Below are positions 54,772 through 63,066 of a stretch of 64,000 bases of DNA, in pieces. How positions within the stretch are numbered: the first letter of the stretch is position 1; each line of letters opens with the position of its first letter. Location: the IMG/VR virus record IMGVR_UViG_3300005330_000016, positions 1 through 64,000 of that record. One strand, 5' to 3'. Under the pieces are notes generated by a model. It was not told where the DNA came from. It did not search any database and saw nothing but the letters and a program-made list of their open reading frames with translations. Made by a program: the position numbers and the translations under genes. This stretch comes from a virus. Its lineage: Duplodnaviria > Caudoviricetes.

Positions 54772-55037
54772 CAGATCGGCAACTCCGATGGCACGTACGT
54801 CTCGCCATCTACCGTGATCGGCTTGGGCTTCCAGTCTCGCGCATGCTTGGTCGGAACGCCCTTCGCCAGCTTCGCCGTGTTGAGCACGCCTGGGCACCGC
54901 GACTTGTTCTGGTGATCAACCTGGCATGTGCCGAACCCAAACTCGTCTAGCACCGCGCCGTGCTGTTCTTCGGCGTGATCGTGCCAGCCGTGATGTGTCT
55001 CCTGCTGATTCCAGCAAACCCCGCAAGTGTGCTTCAT
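54771..55037 (-). CDS. Cys/His-rich hypothetical protein
   Basis: 88-aa coupled ORF. Confidence 0.55.
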   Translation of the reverse strand: MKHTCGVCWNQQETHHGWHDHAEEQHGAVLDEFGFGTCQVDHQNKSRCPGVLNTAKLAKGVPTKHARDWKPKPITVDGETYVPSELPI

Positions 55038-55645
55038 CGGACTTCACCGCACTTCGGGCATGCCGATTGGTGCCAGTCGCCTGGGCACGTACCGTCGTCT
55101 TCTTCGAGTGCCTTGGCTAGCTCAGTTACCGCGTCGTCCGGGTCTTCGGTCGGGTGTAGAGCCGCCTGGGCAACTTGGCGCAGTTGCTTCACCGTCCACT
55201 CGTTCAACTCGGCCATGTCCAGCAGCCGGTCGGCTTGCTCGTAGGTCAGGTCGCTGCTTGACACCGCTTCGTGGTGCGACCACTCCAAAGATTCCCGGCG
55301 ACGGGACGGCTCGAAGCGACTAGACACCCACGCCGCGTTCTGAAGGCTCTTCTTCTTCAGCCCAATGGCGTCAGTGAACTGACTCGCCTCCTGACCGTAG
55401 TGCTTCTCGGCGTGGATCCACCAGTCGCCCGCGTACCAGCGCAGCCCTTCGCCCAGCTTGCGCAACGTGATGCCGACTTCTGACCACTCGTCCATCGTCA
55501 TGTCGTCGGGCAGGTTCAGGCTCGTCTTGGTCGGTCGTCCCGGCAGTACTAGCGCGTTGTCGTCCAGCACGCTGTGCACAACGCCATTGCCGTGTCGTTC
55601 CTGATCCTGGGCCATCAGCCTCAGCATTCCCGGTCGATCACTCAT
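55034..55645 (-). CDS. LmbU-family transcriptional regulator
   Basis: LNLPDDMTMDEWSEVG, WYAGDWW, GLKKKSLQNAAWVSSRFEPSRRRESLEWSHHEAV, EWTVKQLR align by eye with LmbU/HrmB/NovE motifs (W.LGDW, TLRNYAWV.RRF...RRR..LSF.HH.EVA, WT.KQLR). Confidence 0.85.
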   Translation of the reverse strand: MSDRPGMLRLMAQDQERHGNGVVHSVLDDNALVLPGRPTKTSLNLPDDMTMDEWSEVGITLRKLGEGLRWYAGDWWIHAEKHYGQEASQFTDAIGLKKKSLQNAAWVSSRFEPSRRRESLEWSHHEAVSSSDLTYEQADRLLDMAELNEWTVKQLRQVAQAALHPTEDPDDAVTELAKALEEDDGTCPGDWHQSACPKCGEVR

Positions 55646-55959
55646 GCTACCTCTCCCTTGTAAAGCTTGCTCAGGTACTCACGCTGTTGTTGACGAACCA
55701 TCCTGCTCGGTCCGTCCACGTTAGCCTGCCAACACATCGCTGTCAAGTGCCGCATATCGCTTGGCGCTCGCTTGCCCCTGACGCCGCCGGGCACGTCATG
55801 CACGTGGTCTACGGTCAGCTTGCCCAGCGCAAACGCACTATGCTCGTTGCCCCACTGATCCCGACATGTATGCCCACGGTTTACGAAGAACATGAAGCAC
55901 ATACCGTCGCGCCGCACAACGTGATCGTGTAGCTCAGGCGTCACGGCGTCTTTCCTCAC
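55642..55959 (-). CDS. HNH endonuclease-like protein
   Basis: VVRRDGMC...C...LTVDHVH...LTAMCWQAN. Confidence 0.7.
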   Translation of the reverse strand: MRKDAVTPELHDHVVRRDGMCFMFFVNRGHTCRDQWGNEHSAFALGKLTVDHVHDVPGGVRGKRAPSDMRHLTAMCWQANVDGPSRMVRQQQREYLSKLYKGEVA

Positions 55960-56120
55960 GCCTCGCTCGATTCTAACCGGCCCATCAACGACAAAACACC
56001 AAACATAGCGCAGACCGCGTTTGCCCACATCCAGAGCATGTCGTCGCGGGCCATGCACCAGCCCGCGACGAACATGTTGAGCATAAGGTTGAGCATAAGG
56101 ATTAGCAGCGACAATCTCAT
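55956..56120 (-). CDS. Small two-helix membrane protein (54 aa)
   Basis: MRLSLLILMLNLMLNMFVAGWC...; coupled at both ends. Confidence 0.55.
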   Translation of the reverse strand: MRLSLLILMLNLMLNMFVAGWCMARDDMLWMWANAVCAMFGVLSLMGRLESSEA

Positions 56121-56782
56121 GCCAACTCTCTATCTCGAAGCTCGGCCAACCGTAAGTGTTGCCGTGGTCTTCCTGTAGCGCAGAAATAGCATTGCCCAGT
56201 GCCGACAATCCACTTCGGTTTACCGCCCGGTCCCTGCGTACAAGGCTTGCCCCAGCGACCACGGCATTTGCTGTCCATCTTCCAGAACTCGCCCAACGCG
56301 AACTCCATGTATCGCTCAGGCTTTTCCTGTCGGCCCTTGCTGGTCTTGAGTACACGAGCGTTCCGGTCATAGGCGGCTTGCTTGGCTCGCTTGTCAGCGA
56401 ACTCGTCATCGGTCAAACGCTTCTTCACCCGGATTCGTGCTGCATCAGCGTGGACTCGGCACCGCGATGGCTGGCCGTTCCTGTTGCGAGCACACGGCGT
56501 ACCACAGTCAGCGCACCTATGCGGTGGCTCATACTTGCCGTCACGTCCACACGCCCTACAGCACGGCGCACGACCCGCTCGTGCCGCGTTGCGCAGAACG
56601 GCCTTGCAGTGGACGCAGATGTACCGCTCAATGTTGCCTTCCTTGCGTGCAGCGGCTTGACGAGCTTTGCTCTCACGCTTGCGGATACGCTCACACGCCC
56701 GGCACGTTGGGCGAACGTACGCACCCTCAAAGGGAAACAGATCAAGCGTCTTCTCAACGCCGCAATCCCGACAGGTCTTCAC
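56117..56782 (-). CDS. Multi-zinc-finger basic protein
   Basis: Five or more CxxC pairs. Confidence 0.6.
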   Translation of the reverse strand: MKTCRDCGVEKTLDLFPFEGAYVRPTCRACERIRKRESKARQAAARKEGNIERYICVHCKAVLRNAARAGRAPCCRACGRDGKYEPPHRCADCGTPCARNRNGQPSRCRVHADAARIRVKKRLTDDEFADKRAKQAAYDRNARVLKTSKGRQEKPERYMEFALGEFWKMDSKCRGRWGKPCTQGPGGKPKWIVGTGQCYFCATGRPRQHLRLAELRDRELA

Positions 56783-57012
56783 GCCGCGTTCAACTCCTGC
56801 TTCTTGTCGCGCAGGCTCTTAGCCATCGTCCGGACCTTCTCGATTGTTTCAACTCGTTCGGGCACAGTGCGCTGTAGCTCCATCACGGTGTCTTCGAGAA
56901 AGTCAACTGCACGAGCCGCCCAGTAGCGAGCCAGGTCGGTGTGCCCCTGCCGTTCGCACCGCTCCATCTGGTTCATGGCTAGCTTCGCCATATCGTACAT
57001 CGCCAGGCTCAC
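56779..57012 (-). CDS. Hypothetical helical protein
   Basis: 77-aa coupled ORF. Confidence 0.55.
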   Translation of the reverse strand: MSLAMYDMAKLAMNQMERCERQGHTDLARYWAARAVDFLEDTVMELQRTVPERVETIEKVRTMAKSLRDKKQELNAA

Positions 57013-57014
57013 CC

Positions 57015-57220
57015 GGTATACCTCCCGGAACTTTTATCTTCTAGCGAACTACTCCGGTTACCGGTAATTGACTCACCGGGTTTTGGAGTTACGGTCTCCC
57101 GGAAAGTATCGTCTCCGGTACTACGTACGTACTGAGAAGTATTACCTTCCGCACGCGCCCGCGTACGCGTGGGTAGATCGGCCCCATACCGGAACGTGTT
57201 CCGGAACATGTTCCGGTTAC
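57015..57220. other. Candidate replication origin / iteron-rich region
   Basis: Locally AT-richer, about ten CCGG-core repeats and a 30-bp near-perfect palindrome at 57188-57217, directly downstream of the helicase gene. Confidence 0.4.
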
Positions 57221-58494
57221 TCACCCTGCACCTTCAAGCCCCATACGCTTGGGTGACCCTTGCCGCCGCCCGGCTCCAGGGCAATCGTGTCGGGCATCCG
57301 GTTGAGCGTTGTTCGCACCTTGTCCGGTGTCGAATCTACCGCTTCCGCTAGCTCGATCAACGACGCCTTGCCGCGCTTGAGCATCTGTCGCAATCGAGTC
57401 GGCATCGACTGGCCTTGTGCCAGGTCGGGCACGTCAATCAAGTCCTGCTCATCGAACGCAATCGGCCCGGCCAATCCGTCGAACGCCACTCGTAATGCTA
57501 AGTCTCGGTGCTTCGGCCCGTCGTTACCTTTACGCGGATAGATGCCCAGGTCAATCACGTCGTCGTCACCGTTAGTGCCTTCCTTGGCCCGGCGGATCTC
57601 CAGCCCTTCGCGCATGCCGTTCCAGAAGAACCGACTGCCGAACGGTGACGCTTTGTTGGTCGGGTTCTTAGCGGTGTCTGCCGAGACATGTCCAATCACC
57701 AATCGCGTGCATTCCATCTGGCGTAATGCCGAGATGGCTTGACGAGCCGTGTCGTCGTCAACGAGTGATCCGGTCACGGCAAACCCGATGCTGTCACAGA
57801 CCACTAGCGAGATGTTCTTGCGGCTGATGTCTTCGATGATGCTCGGCAACTCGTCGTGGATGCTGCGCTTGCATTGGCGGTAAAGAATGCTCGGAACAGA
57901 TACACCCATCCCGGCGCAGATTCGCCGCAACCTGCTGGCAACCGTCTTGCCGTTCGTTTCGAAGTCCAAGTACATCACTTTGCCTACCGCTGGTGCCGGC
58001 CCCCACGGTGTTGGCAAGCCTAACGAATGGCTCACCGACAGCATCAACGCGATCAGGCTCTTGGCGCTTTCACCGTCGCCGTACAGGATGGTTGTTTCGT
58101 TCAGCGGAATCAGCCGATCCCACATGAACTGCACCGGCCCGGCGTCTGCCGCCAGGTCGCGCAGATCAACCGTTGGGCTACCCGCCCGCCACTCCTGCGA
58201 CACCTTGCTACACGCCTGGGCTACTAGCGTGAGCCAGGTTGACTTGTCCATACCGTTGACGCGCTCAGCGAGCGTATCGGCCATCTCACGCTGGCCCTTG
58301 ACGTTCTCCAGGCCCAGGATCACCGGACCGAACGCGATGCCACGTGTCTCGGCTGTGATCGCCTCCACGGTCAGGTAGCCCTGTAGCCCGTAAAAGCCTT
58401 TATCGTTCAGACGGTTGATGCCAAAGGCTATGCCCTTGTCCTGCCATGTCAGAAAGAATGAATCACCGTGCCGTTCGTAGGCGGGCTTTTGCAT
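57217..58494 (-). CDS. AAA_25 / RepA-like replicative helicase with C-terminal winged helix
   Basis: TILYGDGESAKS (variant Walker A), VMYLDFE, LVVCDS Walker B, LVIGHV, PFGSRFF. Confidence 0.8.
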   Translation of the reverse strand: MQKPAYERHGDSFFLTWQDKGIAFGINRLNDKGFYGLQGYLTVEAITAETRGIAFGPVILGLENVKGQREMADTLAERVNGMDKSTWLTLVAQACSKVSQEWRAGSPTVDLRDLAADAGPVQFMWDRLIPLNETTILYGDGESAKSLIALMLSVSHSLGLPTPWGPAPAVGKVMYLDFETNGKTVASRLRRICAGMGVSVPSILYRQCKRSIHDELPSIIEDISRKNISLVVCDSIGFAVTGSLVDDDTARQAISALRQMECTRLVIGHVSADTAKNPTNKASPFGSRFFWNGMREGLEIRRAKEGTNGDDDVIDLGIYPRKGNDGPKHRDLALRVAFDGLAGPIAFDEQDLIDVPDLAQGQSMPTRLRQMLKRGKASLIELAEAVDSTPDKVRTTLNRMPDTIALEPGGGKGHPSVWGLKVQGE

Positions 58495-58497
58495 AAG

Positions 58498-59010
58498 TCA
58501 GAACTCCAGAATGCTGTCTGCTAGTGAAACCGGAACGTTGTTCCGGAACGTGTTACGGTTTGAGCCGAGAGCCGCGTTCGCTCTCCGCACGTCACCACGC
58601 CATGCGTGGGTTGCTATGTCCTGCGCCTGACTGACGAGCCGCCGCGCTTCGTGGAAGCGTTCGAGCCGCGCCAGCCAATACATGAAGCTACCAAACTCGC
58701 CACCGCTGCTGACGTGCTCTACACGAGCCTCTACGGCGTTCATGGTCGAATGCCATACGTCGGCCCATGCCTTCGGCTCACGTGCTTGTAGCGCGTCCAG
58801 CGTGCGCTGTGCGAAGGCGTCAGGGCTGATCGGCCCGGCCACTTGCACCATCGCACGCCAGAGTGCCTTGTGCTTCCAGTCCCACAACCACTCACCCACT
58901 TCCGGGTACTGAGCGATGCGGTCGGGCACAAGCGCGAAAGCGTTGAGCACGACGGCTTCGGCCAGCGGGTCATGTGGCGCCGCTTGCCAGTCACGCTGGT
59001 ACTGGTTCAC
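58498..59010 (-). CDS. DnaB N-terminal-domain-like protein
   Basis: PHDPLAEAVVLNAF...HKALWRAM pattern. Confidence 0.6.
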   Translation of the reverse strand: MNQYQRDWQAAPHDPLAEAVVLNAFALVPDRIAQYPEVGEWLWDWKHKALWRAMVQVAGPISPDAFAQRTLDALQAREPKAWADVWHSTMNAVEARVEHVSSGGEFGSFMYWLARLERFHEARRLVSQAQDIATHAWRGDVRRANAALGSNRNTFRNNVPVSLADSILEF

Positions 59011-59527
59011 TTCTCGGTACGTCCCTGGCGCAGTAGAGCCGACCACCAACGAACCGACCACCAGCACCGCGCAACACAACCGTGTTACAGGCTGAGCATC
59101 GGGCTTCGGTATCCGGAGCGCGTTCCGGAACATGTGACGGTTCGTCTTTAGCCGACAGGTACAGACCAACGCCCAGCGCAGCCGCGCACTTCTTGAGTGC
59201 GTCAGATGCCGCGCCCTTCATGTCCATGCCGATCTCGATGTGCGAGCCGTCACGCTTCTTATTGCGTTGCTGCGAGCCGAACTGCTCACGTACCGCATGC
59301 TCGCCACCGGCTGTGACCACCAGCCGCCCGCGCACCCACTCTTCATCGGTGCTCTCGTGGTAGCCGTGTTCTACGATCTCGAACGACCAGCCAAAGACAC
59401 CGAGAGCCGTGTTCAACCTTGTGATTACCTGCTCCGTGGTGACGTAGGTCAGGTCAATGCCGCTGATGCGCCGCGAGTGCGTTGTCTCGAACGGCGCAGC
59501 TAGCTCTTCGTAGATTGGATCCATCAT
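58991..59527 (-). CDS. Rad52/Rad22 (Sak) single-strand annealing protein
   Basis: LTYV..EQVITRLN..LG..GW, MKGAASDALKKCAAALGVGLYL. Confidence 0.9.
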   Translation of the reverse strand: MMDPIYEELAAPFETTHSRRISGIDLTYVTTEQVITRLNTALGVFGWSFEIVEHGYHESTDEEWVRGRLVVTAGGEHAVREQFGSQQRNKKRDGSHIEIGMDMKGAASDALKKCAAALGVGLYLSAKDEPSHVPERAPDTEARCSACNTVVLRGAGGRFVGGRLYCARDVPRSEPVPA

Positions 59528-59877
59528 GCTACCCCGAGTTCTGCATTCAACTGCCGTTCAGCCAGCAGTAGCTCGCGCTCCTTGCGGGCGTCCCTCAGCG
59601 CTTCCAGTTCAGCCGCGACCAGCGCCACGCCACGCTCGAAGCCGCGCAGTTCAAGAAGGGCACGACCCACAACGTGATCACTCAGCGCAGCTACGGCAAA
59701 CGCCTGCTTGCGTGCGTCTTCGGACGAGCCGATAGCTTTGAAATCGCCGCCGTGCTCATCAATGAGAACCTGATGCGCCCGCACAATCGCAGCCGCATAC
59801 TCATCCTGCGCATCGCGTAAGTCGGCCTGCTGCTCAGCCAGTTGATGGCGTAGCTCGGCCATACGTTCAACACTCAT
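59524..59877 (-). CDS. Hypothetical coiled-coil protein
   Basis: 117-aa coupled ORF. Confidence 0.6.
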   Translation of the reverse strand: MSVERMAELRHQLAEQQADLRDAQDEYAAAIVRAHQVLIDEHGGDFKAIGSSEDARKQAFAVAALSDHVVGRALLELRGFERGVALVAAELEALRDARKERELLLAERQLNAELGVA

Positions 59878-59957
59878 TAGATCAAACCCCCTTCAAGTTA
59901 GGATGCGATTTTACGCCCAAACGACGTAGCGCGTCACGTCACAAACCATTGTCAGAC

Positions 59958-60440
59958 CTAACCATCTTTAGGTCGATCAAGCGTTCCGTAGACCGAGCAA
60001 TGGCACTCGCCTGCCTCGGCACGGTCCTGCTCACAGTCACTCCGCGTGCAGATGTTGGCAGAGGGGATCGGTGGGGTCATCGCGTGACCGCAGCGGGCTG
60101 CTTCGGCCAAGGCTCGATATAGCTTCTCGCCGTCTACGCCGTGATCCATTTCTAGCGCGCTGTAGAACGGCGTTGATTGTGTCAGTAGAGCGCACGCAGC
60201 ACTTCGTAGCCGCTCCTCGGTTTCAGATGCGGCGGTGCCAGGTCGAGGTCGACTCACCCGGTTATTCGTCGAAAGTGCCTCATCGGCTAGATCAATACAC
60301 GTCTGTATCGTGTATCCACCCCTTGACGATGCAGGCGCGTAGGCACTCGCCATCATGTCGGCCAGCCATTCACGGATGATGAGCAAGGCTTGTTTGCTAC
60401 GTTCGTTCTCATACTCTAGTTCCATCTTTAGGCCTGCCAA
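59958..60440 (-). CDS. Hypothetical protein
   Basis: 160-aa ORF. Confidence 0.5.
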   Translation of the reverse strand: MAGLKMELEYENERSKQALLIIREWLADMMASAYAPASSRGGYTIQTCIDLADEALSTNNRVSRPRPGTAASETEERLRSAACALLTQSTPFYSALEMDHGVDGEKLYRALAEAARCGHAMTPPIPSANICTRSDCEQDRAEAGECHCSVYGTLDRPKDG

Positions 60441-60670
60441 AGGTTAAGTGCCTTGCCGGTTTCAGTCTCGTATGCAGCGATCATTTCACGCAACGTGCGG
60501 CGTCGTGGATCAGGGTTGCCGGCGCGGCACCATTGGCAGATGTAGCCACCCTGCCCGCAGTTGCGGTGGTGAGTATCGCAGGCGTCGGTGCAGCAGCAAT
60601 CCCACTCGGCCGTTGGGCCTTCGACGGCTCGGCACGGCCGACCGCATTGATGACAAATCTTGTCAGTCAT
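60428..60670 (-). CDS. Cys-rich hypothetical protein
   Basis: 80 aa, multiple Cys. Confidence 0.5.
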   Translation of the reverse strand: MTDKICHQCGRPCRAVEGPTAEWDCCCTDACDTHHRNCGQGGYICQWCRAGNPDPRRRTLREMIAAYETETGKALNLWQA

Positions 60671-60782
60671 ATCAACAATTAGCCTCTACCAAACCGCGAT
60701 GCAGAGCAGGATGAAAAGCCAGAGCGCGAGCGCAATCTGTACGGGGTAGCTGATCTCCATGCTTGGTCACCTCTAACAACAA

Positions 60783-61577
60783 TTAGCTCTGACTGACTGC
60801 CTTGAGGATCACGGCGTAGGCCTCGTCCAGTTCGATATTGTCACCAACGTGCTGGTTGCCATCTGTAATGCCGGCTGCCCACGTCTGTAACCGCTCGTCG
60901 TATTGCTTGAATGCCTCGACTACCGCCCGCAGCCGCTCGACCTCAGCGCGTAGGGCTGCATTCTCAACGAGCCGTTTGGTATCACTGGCAAGTCGGGCAT
61001 CACGCTCCAGCGTCAACGTGACGGTCCGCGTCTGCCACATGTCGCGGCTTTCCGTTAGTTGCTCGACCTCGTCGCGCAGGGTGTCGCGCTCGGCATCCCG
61101 CTCAGCTAACGCCTGTTCCGTTTCCGACAGTTCCACAGTCAGCCGACCAGCCAATTCATCCAGCTTGCCCGCCGCATCGCGGAGCGACTCGTTATCGGCG
61201 CGGAAGTCGTCACGCTCAGTCTGAGTTTCAGTTAGCTCGGCGCGCAGGGTGTCGCGCTCGGCCTGTAACTCGTCGCGTTCGCGGGCAGTCGCCACCATCG
61301 CCGCGTGGGTGGCTTCATAGGCTCGGAGCAACGCCTCGTTCTCGGCGCGCAGGGCGTCGCGCTCGGCGGCGACATGACCGATCTGTGAGCGCCAGTTGTC
61401 CGGCCTAATTTGATTCGCGTGGTTGATCGCGTCTGCGCGTTCTTTTGAGATGCGGCTGATCTTGTCAAGCAAGTACGCTACCTGACACTCATGACCCGGC
61501 TGGTGGCCTCCCGCGTGGGTGGCATCATGCCAGCGGCGCACGTCATCTATGGAACGGAATCTCTCGGGCGCGTCCAT
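60783..61577 (-). CDS. Coiled-coil protein with AERDxLRxE repeats
   Basis: Heptad repeats in translation. Confidence 0.7.
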   Translation of the reverse strand: MDAPERFRSIDDVRRWHDATHAGGHQPGHECQVAYLLDKISRISKERADAINHANQIRPDNWRSQIGHVAAERDALRAENEALLRAYEATHAAMVATARERDELQAERDTLRAELTETQTERDDFRADNESLRDAAGKLDELAGRLTVELSETEQALAERDAERDTLRDEVEQLTESRDMWQTRTVTLTLERDARLASDTKRLVENAALRAEVERLRAVVEAFKQYDERLQTWAAGITDGNQHVGDNIELDEAYAVILKAVSQS

Positions 61578-61586
61578 TAGCTCTGA

Positions 61587-61973
61587 CTAGGGCACCGCGA
61601 TGGCGATGATCCGCCGTAATGCTTCACTGGCATGCTGAGCACCGACCAGGCCGTGCTCTTGGCGGAATCGTTCGAGCCGTGCGTTTGCCTGCTCGTCCAG
61701 AACGAAGGCCCGAGTCGTGCTGCCGACCAGCGTAGGCTTGCGACCTGACCCTGGCCGGTAGCCGCCGTGAGTCTTCGGAATGCTCCGCGTCAGTGCCACG
61801 TTGCGAGCCACGATATCGGCCACCATCGGATCCGCCAGTCGCTTGACCGCTTCGGCCCGTAGCTCTGAGTTCACCTTGTGAGCCGCCACATGCCTGCCGT
61901 GGTTGCCACCGTTGTTGCTGACCTTGCCGCACCGCTCGCACGTATAGGTCTTCGTAGAGACGTTCGCTGTCAT
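61587..61973 (-). CDS. DNA-binding protein: C2H2-like finger, GG.RPGSG.KP motif, RHH-like C-terminus
   Basis: YTCERCG...H.RHVAAH; THGGYRPGSGRKP. Confidence 0.65.
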   Translation of the reverse strand: MTANVSTKTYTCERCGKVSNNGGNHGRHVAAHKVNSELRAEAVKRLADPMVADIVARNVALTRSIPKTHGGYRPGSGRKPTLVGSTTRAFVLDEQANARLERFRQEHGLVGAQHASEALRRIIAIAVP

Positions 61974-62022
61974 ATGCACGTAGCGTATCAGGCTTCCGGC
62001 AATCGGTCAATACGATGTCAAG
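61974..62022 (-). promoter_or_regulatory. Promoter P12 (no perfect box; TGCCGGAA in spacer)
   Basis: TTGACC 62010-62005, 17 nt, TACGCT 61987-61982, 8 nt to ATG. Confidence 0.6.
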
Positions 62023-62290
62023 CCTGCTTGTACGCCTCACGCGCCCAGCGGGCCATGTCGCGTTCTTGCTGCCGCTTGTGTGCCTTCAGCCGTCGCTGGT
62101 AGATCTTGGCTTGCTCCAGCAACACGGTTGCGTTGTCCACCAGCCGCTGAGCTATCTCTAGGTCTAGATCACTGGCGTGGTCGGGCACGGCTACTTCAAC
62201 GTTGTAGGCAATGAGCGCTCGCACGGCGGCATGGGCATAATCAGTGGCGTCAGCGACCCGCATGCCCATGCCGCTGTCTATGGTGTTCAT
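62018..62290 (-). CDS. Hypothetical helical protein
   Basis: ATGA-coupled 90-aa ORF. Confidence 0.6.
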   Translation of the reverse strand: MNTIDSGMGMRVADATDYAHAAVRALIAYNVEVAVPDHASDLDLEIAQRLVDNATVLLEQAKIYQRRLKAHKRQQERDMARWAREAYKQA

Positions 62291-62604
62291 GCGTCCATCT
62301 CCACTACTTCAACGTTAGTCTCGAATGGCGAGATGCTGTACTGCTCGCCTTGTCGCTCAACCAACACCTGGCAGTTGAACGTGTGCGGGTCGCCTGCGAT
62401 CCCGACAACGCGAACGATCTCGTCATGAACCAGAACATCATCGCCAACCTTGGGCTGGCGGCTCAGGACTGTGTAGCTCTTCATCCCCCCTACCTTATAC
62501 CCATGCGCTTGATCCGTCAATACCCCAATCCTGCCAATGCCGGCATAAACCGTAACCGGCACACCTATAGGAAACCGGACGTTACGGTTCCGTCTTTTCC
62601 CCAT
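62287..62604 (-). CDS. Hypothetical beta-rich (SH3-like) protein
   Basis: RFPIGVPVTVY...IGVL; PKVGDDVLV. Confidence 0.6.
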   Translation of the reverse strand: MGKRRNRNVRFPIGVPVTVYAGIGRIGVLTDQAHGYKVGGMKSYTVLSRQPKVGDDVLVHDEIVRVVGIAGDPHTFNCQVLVERQGEQYSISPFETNVEVVEMDA

Positions 62605-62639
62605 TCCATAACACGTTCCGGAACACGTTACGCTTTGCC

Positions 62640-62704
62640 CGCCGGCGAGTTTTGAAATTGGTACCGAAAACCTATTGACAATCAACGAGAGACGGGTGTA
62701 AGGT
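62640..62704 (+). promoter_or_regulatory. Promoter P13 with CGCCGGCG box
   Basis: Box 62640-62647, gap 27, TTGACA 62675, 18 nt, TAAGGT 62699. Confidence 0.85.
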
Positions 62705-62730
62705 CAGGGGGTAGGAAATGAGAAGGAGCC

Positions 62731-62913
62731 ATGACTGAGATCACGAAGATAATCAAGCTCACGCCATTCGAGCTAGCGCGGCTGCAAGCCGCAACTGGCG
62801 TAAATGTACCAGGGGCCAGAGTACTCGGTGACGTTTGGGATCTGATCGACGTAGCTCGCCTGACGAGCATTCGACGGGCCGTAGAGAACGGCTTCTACAC
62901 GGACAAGCGATGA
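62731..62913 (+). CDS. Small hypothetical protein
   Basis: AAGGAG SD, 60 aa. Confidence 0.65.
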   Translation: MTEITKIIKLTPFELARLQAATGVNVPGARVLGDVWDLIDVARLTSIRRAVENGFYTDKR

Positions 62914-63005
62914 TCTGGATAGCGCTCGTTGCCGCCTGGACGGTACTGGCCTTCTTCGTTTGGTGCCTGTGCCGCATGAGCGCTCTCTCGGAGGAAGACG
63001 AATGA
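62910..63005 (+). CDS. 31-aa single-helix membrane peptide
   Basis: ATGA coupling; MIWIALVAAWTVLAFFVWCLCR. Confidence 0.5.
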   Translation: MIWIALVAAWTVLAFFVWCLCRMSALSEEDE

Positions 63006-63066
63006 CACCACGCAGACTCATCGTTACCCGCCTGGGGCTTCGGCCCCGTTCCATCAGGGGGATCTG

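Noticed and set aside
57009-57224. 71-aa ORF MSNRNMFRNTFR as a real gene
   Set aside because: Peptide simply spells the palindromic repeats; low-complexity and no recognisable fold (not fully excluded)
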